Assembly: GCA_963841815.1 (NCBI GenBank)
Contig: CAWJEE010000027.1
Location: 52,800 to 116,799, forward strand
From: an uncultured beta proteobacterium
GTDB taxonomy: Bacteria > Pseudomonadota > Gammaproteobacteria > Burkholderiales > Burkholderiaceae_F
Reading direction: 5' to 3'
DNA: 64,000 nt
How positions within the stretch are numbered: the stretch's first letter is position 1; each line of letters opens with the position of its first letter. Both the position numbers and the translations under genes were made by a program. The notes beneath the pieces are model-generated. The model saw only the letters and a program-made list of their open reading frames with translations, had not been told where the DNA came from and made no database searches. Of the stretch, positions 51,693-61,978 are shown piece after piece.

Positions 51693-51762
51693 TCTCCTGC
51701 GCCTGGTCGGTCGTGTCGTCTCTTGCGCCTGATCGGCCAGATCCTCTCCTGCGCCTGATCGG
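51693..51762. repeat. Three direct copies of an 18-bp motif with an exact 26-bp period
   Basis: The copies are tctcctgcgcctggtcgg (51693), tctcttgcgcctgatcgg (51719) and tctcctgcgcctgatcgg (51745). Confidence 0.85.
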
Positions 51763-51770
51763 CCGCCGGC

Positions 51771-52370
51771 GTACCTCGACTTCGCGGGCATCGCGGCGGG
51801 CGTCATTCGGCTGAGATCGCTCTCTGCGGGCACGCAGCTTTCGGGCTGGTAGCGGCAGGAACGGGTGTGGCGTGCCTTCCGGCCGTTCGCTTCCCGGCCC
51901 GCCACCCTGGCGCGCCTGGCACGCCCGCCGCCTGACGCCCGCTGCGCGAGGCACACCGCCGTCCGCCCAGGCGCCTCGCGTATGCGGACAGAAGGAAGGC
52001 GAGCTGTGGCTCGGGTGAATGCACGGCGCATCCGTATCGCGCGGCGCGCCGAGCGCGCTGTGGGGTGTCTCGCGCAGCGCGGCGCCGTGCGGCGGGCTTC
52101 GCACTCACGAAGCTGCGGCGGGCCAAGACGAACACCTGCCGGAAGGCACGACCGTCGGAACGGCGAGGACTCACGCCGAAAGCTGCCGGCCCGCGGGGAG
52201 CACCCTCGGCCCAGTGTCGCCCGCCGCGCGTCGCGCGGAGTCGAGGCACCCCGCAGCGCGGTCGGCGCGCAGGAGGCTAATCGCACGACGCTCCATGAAG
52301 CGCGCGCAGCCACAGCGCCCGGTCGCGCGGTCGGCGACTGCCGCGCCACTCACGCAGCGGACTTGAAGCA
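51771..52370 (+). repeat. Copy B of the GC-rich intergenic repeat family
   Basis: See copy A. It shares the left end, the ggcgtcattcggc and cagctttcgggct blocks, the internal inverted repeat (51941..51957 / 52063..52077) and the near-identical 58-nt block at 52214..52271. Confidence 0.8.
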
Positions 52371-52374
52371 CGTC

Positions 52375-53029
52375 TCAGGCCGCCGCGCGCAGCCCCTGTT
52401 CGGAGGCCCAGACCGCGGCCTCGACGCGCGAGCGGAAGCCGAGCTTCTTCAGCAGGTGCTTCACGTGCACCTTCACCGTGCCCTCGGTGATCGACAGGTT
52501 GCGCGCGATCACCTTGTTGCTCTGTCCGCCCGCCAGGCACTTCAGCACGGCGAGCTCGCGGTCGGTGAGGTCGCGCACGTCGCGGCGCTCGCCGCGGGCT
52601 TCGTCGCGCAAGGCGCTGGCGAGCGCCGCCGTCAGCGTGTCGCTGATGACGGTCCGGCCCTCGAGCGCGTCGCGCACGCGGCCGAGCAGCTGCTCCGGGT
52701 TCCATGTCCTTCAGCAGGTAACCGTCGGCGCCCGCGCGGATGGCCGCCATCAGGTCCTCCGGCGCGTCGGAGACGGTCAGCATCACCACGCGGCGCGACG
52801 GATCCTCTTCCTTCAGGGCCGACAGGATCTCGAGGCCGCCGCTGCCCTTCAGGTTGAGGTCGAGCAGCGTGAGGTCCGGCTCCTTCTCCGCCGCGAGCCG
52901 GATCGCGGCCTCGTAGTCGCCGGCCTCGCCGACGACGTCGAAGCTCGGCTCGAGCTGCAGCAGCTGGATCACTCCACGGCGGAACAGCGGGTGGTCGTCG
53001 ACCACGAGGATGGTGTGGCGGGTCGTCAT
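52375..53029 (-). pseudogene. narL: Nitrate/nitrite response regulator NarL with one frame switch near 52697
   Basis: The REC domain is MTTRHTILVVDDHPLFRRG...LLDLNL.... It continues as EQLLGRVRDALEGR into a LuxR HTH (LTDRELAVLKCLAGGQSNKVIARNLSITEGTVKVHVKHLLKKLG). Confidence 0.9.
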
Positions 53030-54935
53030 TGCGGACGTCTCGACGGATGTGGCGGATTCGGCTGCGCGGCCGGGCCGAAGGCGGTCTGCGCGATGAAGAC
53101 GAGGCGGACGCGGGTGCCGGTCGGCTGGCGGCGCTCGATTCACCAGTTGTCCACCCACGGACTGGGCGCGGTCGCGCATGATCGACAGTCCGAAGTGGCC
53201 GCGCGGCGACTGCTCGTGCCCTGATCCCGACGCCGTCGTCCTCGATCGTCACCTCGATGGCCTGCCCGGCGCCGCGCTTGAGCGACACCCAGGCGTGGCG
53301 CGCGTGCGCGTGGTGCTCGATGTTGGTCAGCGCCTCGCGCACGACCTGCAGCACGTGCACCTGTTCGTTGGCGGACAGCTCGACCTTGAGCAGGTCGTTG
53401 TCCAGCGTCGCGTGCACGCCCGATCGACGCTCGAACTCGGCCACCGTGTCGCGCAGCGCACCGGCAAAGCCTTCTTCGCCCAGCCCCAGCCGGAACGTGG
53501 TGAGCAGTTCACGCAGTTCGCGGTAGGCGCTGTTGATGCCTTCGCGCAGTTCCATCAGCACGTTCATCGACTGCAGCGAGTGTCCCTCGTGCTCGATGGA
53601 CGCCGCCAGCCGGGCGAGCTGGATCTTCGTGTACGACAGCGACTGCGCCAGCGAGTCGTGCAGTTCGCGGGCGATCGCCGCGCGCTCCTCGAGAACGCCG
53701 AGGCGGCGGTGCTCGTCGCGGCGCTCGGCCGACGCGAGCGCTCCGCCGATGTGCCGCCCCATCGTCTCGGCCAGTTCGAGCTGCCACACCTCGAGCCCCT
53801 TGCCCGGCGGCAGCACCAGCGGCATCACCCCGTACGACACGCCGCCTTCCACCAGCGGGATGCCGAGGATGCGCCGCTCGCCGGTCTCGCCGGGCTCGGT
53901 GCGCCAGGTGACGCGCCCGCCGTCCGCGCAGTTGCGGCAGTCGACGCCGCGGCAGGCCTTCACCGTCGACTCGTCGCGCGCGAGCGGCATGCCGCGCGTG
54001 CTGTCGCCGTGGATCGAACAGATCGCGCCGCTTTCGACGCCGAGCGCCTGCCGCACCATCGACAGCACCCGCGTCAGCGACTCGGCGTCGACCGGCTTCT
54101 CGGCCAGCATCCGGGTCGTCTCGTACAGCAGCCCGAGCGAATCGTTGCGTCGCTCGAGGTCGCGCGTCTTCTCCGCGACCTGCTTCTCGAGCGAGCCGTA
54201 GAGCCGCGCCAGGTCGTCGACCATGAAGTTGAACGCCTGCCCGAGCTGGCCGATCTCGTCCGGGCCGGCGCTCTCCGCGCGGACGTGGAAGTCTCCGGTG
54301 CGCACGCGCTTCGCCGCCTCGGCCAGGCGCGCGATGGGCTGGAACACCTCGACGTTCAGCAGGAACAGCGCCGCCACCACCAGCATCATCATCACGAAGA
54401 AGCCGACGCCGAGCAGCAGCCGCAGCTTCTGGATGCGGCCCTCGAGATCGGTCTCGATCTGCCGCACGAGGACGTCGACCTTCGAGACGAAATTCGGGAT
54501 CGTCGTCAGGAACTCCGCGCGCGCGGTCTCGTCGTCGATCGCGCGACGCGCGAGCGGCGCGATGCGCGACTCCCAGTCGATGACGATGCCCGAGTAGATG
54601 CGGTGCACCGGATTCGCGCCGTCGTCCGGGATGCCGCCCAGCAGCGACGGGCTCTTCAGCCGTCGCTCGAACTCCTTGATCGCGTCCTCGGCGGCCTTCT
54701 GACGGTCCTCGGCGGCGCCGCGCGTGTCGGCCACCCGCGTCGACAGCGCGTAGGACTGCATCCGCAGCGAGCCGGCGACGTTGATCGCGCTCGCCTTGCC
54801 GGTCGACTGCTCGGTGAAAACCGTGGCGGCGACGATCACCGACAGCGCCAGCAGCGCGACGACCGACAGCACGATCCCGACGCGGACCAGCGTCGAGTCG
54901 GACCACACGCGCCGCAGGGCAATCAGCGGATTCAT
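53026..54935 (-). pseudogene. narX: Nitrate/nitrite sensor kinase NarX with two frame switches near the 3' end
   Basis: It has two TM helices around a periplasmic domain with a P-box-like AINVAGSLRMQSYAL. HAMP, a Cys-containing central module and HisKA_3 (ELHDSLAQSLS) are present. The ATPase tail is recovered as GHEQSPRGHFGLSIMRDRAQSVGGQLV and IERRQPTGTRVRLVF...RRPQ* after shifts at about 53215 and 53135. The stop codon overlaps the narL ATG. Confidence 0.88.
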
Positions 54936-55045
54936 GCGGTCATTTTCCCACCGAAGTTCGCCGCGCGCAGCCGTTGAGCCAAATGGCGCCGGACGGGCTG
55001 CTACCTCTCGGCGATGTCGGATCCGCCCCCTCTGTGCTCCTCGCC

Positions 55046-55061
55046 TACCCCCGTGTGAGTA
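55046..55061. promoter_or_regulatory. Candidate NarL 7-2-7 site TACCCCC-GT-GTGAGTA
   Basis: Two inverted heptamers each match TACYYMT at 6 of 7 positions, with a 2-bp spacer. The site is in the narX/narK1 divergent region. Confidence 0.5.
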
Positions 55062-55099
55062 GCGGCGGTTTCCTCTGACGAACAAACGTCCGGTGCGGC

Positions 55100-55113
55100 T
55101 TGATGTGGGTCAT
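55100..55113. promoter_or_regulatory. FNR/Anr-like half-good box TTGATGTGGGTCAT
   Basis: The left half-site is perfect and the right half-site is degenerate. The box is centred about 67 nt upstream of the narK1 ATG, and a TAGCTT hexamer sits where a -10 element would be for a class II arrangement. Confidence 0.4.
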
Positions 55114-55173
55114 GGAAAAGACCCTTTTGGCATCTAGCTTGCACGCCAGCGCAGAGTTCTCGAGGAGATCGCG

Positions 55174-56458
55174 ATGGCGGCAGTGGGGGGCAGCAACGCA
55201 CAGCCAGGCACCAGCCTGCGGGCGCGGCAGTGGTCCGTGGTCGTCATGAGCACGCTGGCGTTCACGGTGTGCTTCGCGATCTGGATGATGTTCGCGGTGA
55301 TCGGCATCCCGATCAAGAAGATGCTCGACCTGAACGCCACGCAGTTCGGGCTGCTCACCGCGACTCCGGTGCTGACCGGCTCGCTGATCCGCGTGCCGCT
55401 GGGCATGTGGACCGACAAGTACGGCGGCCGGATCGTCTTCTTCCTGCTGATGATCGCCACCGTCGTCCCGATCTGGCTGCTCGACGTACGCGACCGAATA
55501 CTGGCACTTCCTGGTGCTGGGACTGTTCGTCGGCCTGGCCGGCGGCTCGTTCTCGGTCGGCACGCCGTACGTCGCGCGCTGGTTCGACAAGAAGCACCAG
55601 GGCTTCGCGATGGGCGTGTTCGGCGCCGGCAACTCCGGCGCGGCGGTGACGAAGTTCGTCGCGCCGGCGCTCGTGGTCGCGTTCGGCTGGGCGATGGTGC
55701 CGCAGGTCTACGCCGTGGCGATGCTGGTCACCGCGATCGCGTTCTGGTTCTTCACGTACAGCGACCCGAAGCACCTGGTCCCCGGACACGTCACCTACCG
55801 GCGCCAGCTCGAGGTGCTGCGCGATCCGGCCGTCTGGAAGTACTGCCAGTACTACTCGATCGTGTTCGGCGGCTACGTCGCGCTGTCGCTGTGGATGGTC
55901 AACTACTACGTCGGCGAATTCGGCCTCGACATCCGCATCGCCGCCCTGCTCGCCGCGTGTTTCTCGCTGCCGGGCGGCGTGCTGCGCGCCATCGGCGGCT
56001 GGATGTCGGACAAGTGGGGCGCGCACAAGGTGACCTGGTGGGTCTTGTGGGTGAGCTGGATCTGCCTGTTCCTGCTGTCGTATCCCACGACCAGCTACAC
56101 GATCACCACGGTCAACGGACCGTACACGTTCACGCTGGCGCACAACGTCTGGACCTTCACGATCCTGATGGGGGTGCTCGGCGTGGCGTGGGCCTTCGGC
56201 AAGGCGAGCGTGTTCAAGTACATCGCCGACGACTACCCGACCAACATCGGGACGATCTCCGGGATCGTCGGCCTGGCCGGCGGCCTCGGCGGTTTCGTCC
56301 TGCCCGTGATGTTCGGCGCGCTGCTCGACCTCACCGGCGTGCGCTCCAGCGCCTTCATGCTGATGTACGGCGTGGTCTGGGTGTCGCTGATCTGGATGTA
56401 CCGCACCGAGGTCAGCACGCGCGACGTCGTCGGCCGCGCGCCGAAGCCTGCCGCCTGA
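55174..56458 (+). pseudogene. narK: MFS nitrate/nitrite transporter NarK1 with one frame switch near 55481
   Basis: A GAGGAG Shine-Dalgarno precedes the start. The sequence runs ...PIWLL | TYATEYWHFLVLGLFVGLAGGSFSVGTPYVARWF... and continues in ORF 55514..56458. Confidence 0.88.
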
Positions 56459-56488
56459 TCCAAGAGAACGAGAAGAGGGAAACTCACG

Positions 56489-58135
56489 ATGTCAGCCAAC
56501 GCGTCCGCCGCCGCTCCGCGGCCCACCAGCCGGGTCGACATCGTCGACTGGCGCCCCGAGGACAACGCGTTCTGGGAGTCCACGGGCAAGAAGGTCGCCA
56601 ACCGCAACCTGTGGATCAGCGTCCCGAGCCTGCTGTGCGGCTTCGCGGTCTGGCTGATGTGGGGAATCATCACGGTGCAGATGGCGAACCTCGGGTTCCC
56701 GTTCTCGCAGGCGGAGCTGTTCACGCTGGCGGCGATCTCGGGGCTGTCCGGCGCCACGCTGCGCATCCCGGCCTCGTTCTTCATCCGCATCTCGGGCGGC
56801 CGCAACACGATCTTCCTGACGACGGCGCTGCTGATGATTCCGGCGCTCGGCACCGGGATCGCGCTCAGCGACAAGAACACGCCGCTGTGGGTGTTCCAGT
56901 TCATGGCGCTGCTGTCGGGCGTCGGCGGCGGCAACTTCGCCTGCTCGATGTCGAACATCAACACGTTCTTCCCGAAGCGGCTGCAGGGCACGGCGCTCGG
57001 CATCAACGCCGGGCTCGGCAACTTCGGCGTGACCACGATGCAGATCCTGATCCCGCTGGTGATGACCGCGGCGGTGTTCATGTCGCTCGGCGGCGACCCG
57101 ATGACTCTGGTGAAGCCCTCGGGCACGCTGATCGGGAAGATCCCGGCGGGAACGCCCACCTACATCCAGAACGCCGGCTACATCTGGCTGGTGCTGCTGG
57201 TGCCGCTGGCGTTCGCCGGCTGGTTCGGCATGAACAACCTGCTGACCGTGTCGCCGAACATCGGCTCGACGGCCGCGGCGCTCGGCAAGATCCTGCTGCT
57301 GTACGGCGTCGCGCTGGTCACGGCCGCGGTCGGCCTGTACCTGTACCTGCCGAAGCCCACGGGCCTCGGGCTGCTGAACATGTGGATCGCGATGCCGCTG
57401 ATCATCGTCGGCACGCTGCTGGCGATGAAGCTGGTGGCGTTCGGCGACATGAAGCCGAACCTGAAGAAGCAGTTCGAGATCTTCCGGGACAAGCACACCT
57501 GGTCGATGACGCTGCTGTACATCGTCACCTTCGGCTCGTTCATCGGCTTTTCCAACGCGCTGCCGCTGTCGATCAACGTGATCTTCGGCCAGAGCCACGT
57601 CCTGGGACCCGACGGCGTGCTGAAGCACATGCCGAACCCGAACGCGCCGTCGGCGCTGACCTACGCGTGGATCGGCCCCTTCGTCGGCGCGCTGATCCGT
57701 CCGGTGGGCGGCTGGATCTCCGACAAGGTCGGCGGCTCGATCGTCACGCAGGTCATCTCGGTGGTCATGGTGGGAGCGTCGGCCGCCGTGGGCTACGTGA
57801 TGATGCTCGCGTACGCCTCGGCCACGCCCGAGCAGTACTTCCTCCCGTTCATCGGCCTGTTCATCGTGCTGTTCGCCGCCAGCGGCATCGGCAACGGCTC
57901 GACGTTCCGCACGATCGGCGTGATCTACGACCGGACGCAGGCCGGCCCGGTGCTGGGGTGGACCTCCGCGGTCGCCGCCTACGGTTCGTTCATCGCGCCG
58001 ATCGTCATCGGCGAGCAGATCAAGGCCGGCACGCCGCAGTACGCGATGTACGGCTTCGCGATCTTCTATGCCCTGTGCCTGATCCTGAACTGGTGGTTCT
58101 ACCTGCGCCGCAACGCGTACGTGAAGAACCCCTGA
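56489..58135 (+). CDS. narK: MFS nitrate/nitrite antiporter NarK2-type
   Basis: The 548-aa intact ORF contains DWRPEDNAFWESTGKKVANRNLWISVPSLL. It is the second narK paralogue, directly upstream of narG. Confidence 0.88.
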   Translation: MSANASAAAPRPTSRVDIVDWRPEDNAFWESTGKKVANRNLWISVPSLLCGFAVWLMWGIITVQMANLGFPFSQAELFTLAAISGLSGATLRIPASFFIRISGGRNTIFLTTALLMIPALGTGIALSDKNTPLWVFQFMALLSGVGGGNFACSMSNINTFFPKRLQGTALGINAGLGNFGVTTMQILIPLVMTAAVFMSLGGDPMTLVKPSGTLIGKIPAGTPTYIQNAGYIWLVLLVPLAFAGWFGMNNLLTVSPNIGSTAAALGKILLLYGVALVTAAVGLYLYLPKPTGLGLLNMWIAMPLIIVGTLLAMKLVAFGDMKPNLKKQFEIFRDKHTWSMTLLYIVTFGSFIGFSNALPLSINVIFGQSHVLGPDGVLKHMPNPNAPSALTYAWIGPFVGALIRPVGGWISDKVGGSIVTQVISVVMVGASAAVGYVMMLAYASATPEQYFLPFIGLFIVLFAASGIGNGSTFRTIGVIYDRTQAGPVLGWTSAVAAYGSFIAPIVIGEQIKAGTPQYAMYGFAIFYALCLILNWWFYLRRNAYVKNP

Positions 58136-58160
58136 AATCCCCCGCTGCGGAGACAACCCG

Positions 58161-61100
58161 ATGAGTCACTTTCTCGACCGACTGACGCACTTCACGCTGC
58201 CGAAGGAATCGTTCGCCAACGGCCACGGCGTGGTTACCGGCGAAGACCGCACCTGGGAGGACGCCTACCGGAACCGCTGGTCGCACGACAAGATCGTGCG
58301 CAGCACGCACGGCGTGAACTGCACCGGCTCCTGCTCCTGGAAGATCTACGTCAAGGGCGGCATCGTCACCTGGGAGACGCAGCAGACCGACTACCCGCGC
58401 ACGCGCGCCGACCTGCCCAACCACGAGCCGCGCGGCTGCGCCCGCGGCGCGTCGTACTCCTGGTACCTGTACAGCGCCAACCGGCTCAAGTACCCGATGG
58501 TGCGCGGGCGGCTGCTCGAGCGCTGGCGGACCGCGCTGAAGACGGCGAAGGACTCCGGCAAGGGCGCGGTCGAAGCCTGGGCGACCATCGTCGAGGACCC
58601 GGCCGCGCGGCGCGATTACCAGAAGGTCCGCGGGATGGGCGGCTTCGTGCGCAGTTCGTGGGACGAGGTCAACCAGCTGATCGCCGCGGCCAACGTCTAC
58701 ACGATCAAGACGCACGGTCCCGACCGCGTCATCGGCTTCTCGCCGATCCCGGCCATGAGCATGGTCAGCTACGCCGCCGGCAGCCGCTACCTGTCGCTGA
58801 TCGGCGGCGTCTGCATGAGCTTCTACGACTGGTACTGCGACCTGCCGCCCGCCAGCCCCCAGGTGTGGGGCGAGCAGACCGACGTGCCCGAGAGCGCCGA
58901 CTGGTACAACAGCACGTACCTGATCGCGTGGGGCAGCAACGTCCCGCAGACGCGCACGCCGGACGCGCACTTCTTCACCGAGGTCCGCTACAAGGGCGCG
59001 AAGACGGTGGCCGTCACGCCCGACTACTCCGAGGTCGCGAAGCTCGCCGACCTCTGGATGCACCCGAAGCAAGGCACCGACGCCGCGCTCGCGATGGCGA
59101 TGGGCCACGTGGTGCTGAAGGAGTTCTATTTCAACAAGCGTTCCGCGTACTTCGACGACTACGCGCGCCGCTACACCGACCTGCCGCTGCTGCTGCGGCT
59201 CGACGAGACGACGCTGGCGGACGGCCGCAAGGTCCTGGCGCCGGGCCGCTACGTGCGCGCAAGCGACTTCGCCGACAAGCTCGGCCAGGACAACAACCCC
59301 GAGTGGAAGTCGGTCGCCTTCGACGCCGCCGGCCAGGCGATCGTGCCCAACGGCTCGATCGGCTTCCGCTGGGGCGCCGAAGGCCGTGCCGACGTGGGCA
59401 AGTGGAACCTCGAGGCCAGGGAAGGTCGCACCGACGCGGACGTGAAGCTCAAGCTCTCGTTGCTCGAGGAGGAGCAGCAGCACGAGATCGTCGAGGTCGC
59501 GTTCCCCTACTTCGCCGGCGCCACGACGCCGCACTTCCCGAACAACGAGCAGCAGGGCGAGCTGAACCGCGCAAGGGTGCCCGCGATGCGGCTGCGCCTG
59601 GCCGACGGCACCGAAGCGCTGGTCGCGACCGTGTTCGACCTGCAGGTCGCGCAGTACGGCATCGACCGCGGGCTGGGCAGCGGCGCGGCCGACTACAACG
59701 ACAACGCGCCGTACACGCCGGCATGGCAGGAGAGGATCACCGGCGTGCCGCGCGACCAGGTCATCACGGTCGCCCGCCAGTTCGCCGACAACGCCGACAA
59801 GACGCACGGCAAGTCGATGATCATCATCGGCGCGGCGATGAACCACTGGTACCACGCTGACATGAACTACCGCGGCGTGATCAACCTGCTGATGATGTGC
59901 GGCTGCATCGGCCAGAGCGGCGGCGGCTGGGCGCACTACGTCGGGCAGGAGAAGCTGCGCCCGCAGACCGGCTGGACCGCGCTCGCCTTCGCCCTCGACT
60001 GGATCCGGCCGCCGCGCCAGCAGAACTCGACTTCGTTCTTCTACGCGCACACGGACCAGTGGCGCTACGAGAAGCTCGGCGTCGAGGAAGTGCTGTCGCC
60101 GCTCGCCGACCCGAAGAAGTTCGGCGGCAGCCTGATCGACTACAACGTGCGCGCCGAGCGGATGGGCTGGCTGCCGAGCGCGCCGCAGCTCACGACCAAT
60201 CCGCTCAAGGTGGTGAAGGACGCGGCCGCCGCCGGCATGGACCCGAAGGACTACGTCGTGCGGGCGCTCAGGGACGGCAGCCTGCAGATGAGCTGCGAGG
60301 ATCCGGACGCGCCGCAGAACTGGCCGCGCAACCTGTTCGTCTGGCGCTCGAACCTGCTGGGCTCCAGCGGCAAGGGCCACGAGTACTTCTGCAAGCACCT
60401 GCTCGGCACCGAGAACGGCGTGCAGGGCAAGGACCTGGGCCGCGACGACGCGAAGCCCACCGAGGTCGCGTGGCACGACCAGGCCCCCGAAGGCAAGCTC
60501 GACCTGCTCGTGACGCTCGACTTCCGCATGAGCACGACCTGCCTGTACAGCGACATCGTGCTGCCGACCGCGAGTTGGTACGAAAAGAACGACCTCAACA
60601 CCAGCGACATGCACCCGTTCATCCACCCGCTGTCCGCGGCGGTGGACCCGGTGTGGCAGGCGCGCTCCGACTGGGAGATCTACAAGGGATTCGCGAAAGC
60701 GTTCAGCGAGGTCTGCGTCGGCCACCTCGGCGTCGAGAAGGAAGTGGTGCTGACGCCACTGATGCACGACACGCCGGCCGAGCTGGCGCAGCCGCTCGAC
60801 GTGAAGGAGTGGAAGAAGGGCCAGTGCGAGCTGGTCCCGGGCAAGACCGCGCCGCAGATCGCCGTGGTCGAGCGCGATTTCCCGAACGTCTACAAGCGCT
60901 TCACCTCGCTCGGCCCGCTGATGGCCAAGGCCGGCAACGGCGGCAAGGGCATCGGCTGGAACACCCAGACCGAGGTCCAGCAGTTGGGCGAGCTGAACGG
61001 CGTCGACGACGACGGCCGCCCGCGGATCGTCAGCGACGTCGACGCCTGCGAGGTGATCCTGCAGCTGGCCCCGGAGACGAACGGGCACGTGGCGGTGAAG

Positions 61101-61952
61101 GCCTGGGAGGCGCTGTCGAAGATCACCGGGCGCGAGCACGCGCACCTCGCGCTGCACCGCGAGGACGAGAAGATCCGCTACCGCGACGTGCTGGCGCAGC
61201 CGCGCAAGATCATCAGCTCGCCCACCTGGTCGGGGCTCGAGAGCGAGAAGGTCTCGTACAACGCCGGCTACACCAACGTGCACGAGCTGATCCCGTGGCG
61301 CACGCTGACGGGACGCCAGCAGTTCTACCAGGACCACCCCTGGATGATCGCCTTCGGCGAGGGCTTCTCGAGCTACCGGCCGCCGGTCGACCTCAAGACC
61401 ACGGAGGGCATCCACAACATCAAGCCCAACGGCAATCCGGAGATCCTGCTGAACTTCATCACGCCGCACCAGAAGTGGGGCATCCACTCCACGTACAGCG
61501 ACAACCTGATGATGCTGACGCTGAACCGCGGCGGCCCGGTGATCTGGCTGTCGGAGGACGACGCGAGGACGGCCGGCATCGAGGACAACGACTGGGTGGA
61601 GCTCTTCAACATCAACGGCGCGATCGCGGCGCGCGCGGTGGTCAGCCAGCGCGTGAACCCGGGCATGACGATGATGTACCACGCGCAGGAGAAGATCATC
61701 AACACGCCGGGCTCGGAGATCACCGGCGTGCGCGGCGGCATCCACAACTCGGTCACGCGCATCGTGACCAAGCCGACGCACATGATCGGCGGCTACGCGC
61801 AGCTCTCCTACGGCTTCAACTACTACGGGACCATCGGAACCAACCGCGACGAGTTCGTCGTCGTGCGGAAGATGAAGAAGGTCGACTGGCTGGACACGCC
61901 GCGCGACGACCACCTCGCGAAGGCCTACCAGTCGCAGGGCGAGAACCCGTAA
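58161..61952 (+). CDS. narG: Respiratory nitrate reductase alpha subunit
   Basis: The 1263-aa intact ORF has the N-terminal FS0 motif HGVNCTGSCSW and typical NarG blocks throughout. Confidence 0.97.
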   Translation: MSHFLDRLTHFTLPKESFANGHGVVTGEDRTWEDAYRNRWSHDKIVRSTHGVNCTGSCSWKIYVKGGIVTWETQQTDYPRTRADLPNHEPRGCARGASYSWYLYSANRLKYPMVRGRLLERWRTALKTAKDSGKGAVEAWATIVEDPAARRDYQKVRGMGGFVRSSWDEVNQLIAAANVYTIKTHGPDRVIGFSPIPAMSMVSYAAGSRYLSLIGGVCMSFYDWYCDLPPASPQVWGEQTDVPESADWYNSTYLIAWGSNVPQTRTPDAHFFTEVRYKGAKTVAVTPDYSEVAKLADLWMHPKQGTDAALAMAMGHVVLKEFYFNKRSAYFDDYARRYTDLPLLLRLDETTLADGRKVLAPGRYVRASDFADKLGQDNNPEWKSVAFDAAGQAIVPNGSIGFRWGAEGRADVGKWNLEAREGRTDADVKLKLSLLEEEQQHEIVEVAFPYFAGATTPHFPNNEQQGELNRARVPAMRLRLADGTEALVATVFDLQVAQYGIDRGLGSGAADYNDNAPYTPAWQERITGVPRDQVITVARQFADNADKTHGKSMIIIGAAMNHWYHADMNYRGVINLLMMCGCIGQSGGGWAHYVGQEKLRPQTGWTALAFALDWIRPPRQQNSTSFFYAHTDQWRYEKLGVEEVLSPLADPKKFGGSLIDYNVRAERMGWLPSAPQLTTNPLKVVKDAAAAGMDPKDYVVRALRDGSLQMSCEDPDAPQNWPRNLFVWRSNLLGSSGKGHEYFCKHLLGTENGVQGKDLGRDDAKPTEVAWHDQAPEGKLDLLVTLDFRMSTTCLYSDIVLPTASWYEKNDLNTSDMHPFIHPLSAAVDPVWQARSDWEIYKGFAKAFSEVCVGHLGVEKEVVLTPLMHDTPAELAQPLDVKEWKKGQCELVPGKTAPQIAVVERDFPNVYKRFTSLGPLMAKAGNGGKGIGWNTQTEVQQLGELNGVDDDGRPRIVSDVDACEVILQLAPETNGHVAVKAWEALSKITGREHAHLALHREDEKIRYRDVLAQPRKIISSPTWSGLESEKVSYNAGYTNVHELIPWRTLTGRQQFYQDHPWMIAFGEGFSSYRPPVDLKTTEGIHNIKPNGNPEILLNFITPHQKWGIHSTYSDNLMMLTLNRGGPVIWLSEDDARTAGIEDNDWVELFNINGAIAARAVVSQRVNPGMTMMYHAQEKIINTPGSEITGVRGGIHNSVTRIVTKPTHMIGGYAQLSYGFNYYGTIGTNRDEFVVVRKMKKVDWLDTPRDDHLAKAYQSQGENP

Positions 61953-61978
61953 CCCAACGCCGATCGGAGAGGAAATCC

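Noticed and set aside
51693-51762. Whether the three regularly spaced direct repeats are a CRISPR array.
   Set aside because: There are only three 18-bp units with 8-bp spacers at a 26-bp period, which is far too short. There are no cas genes, and the repeats are imperfect.
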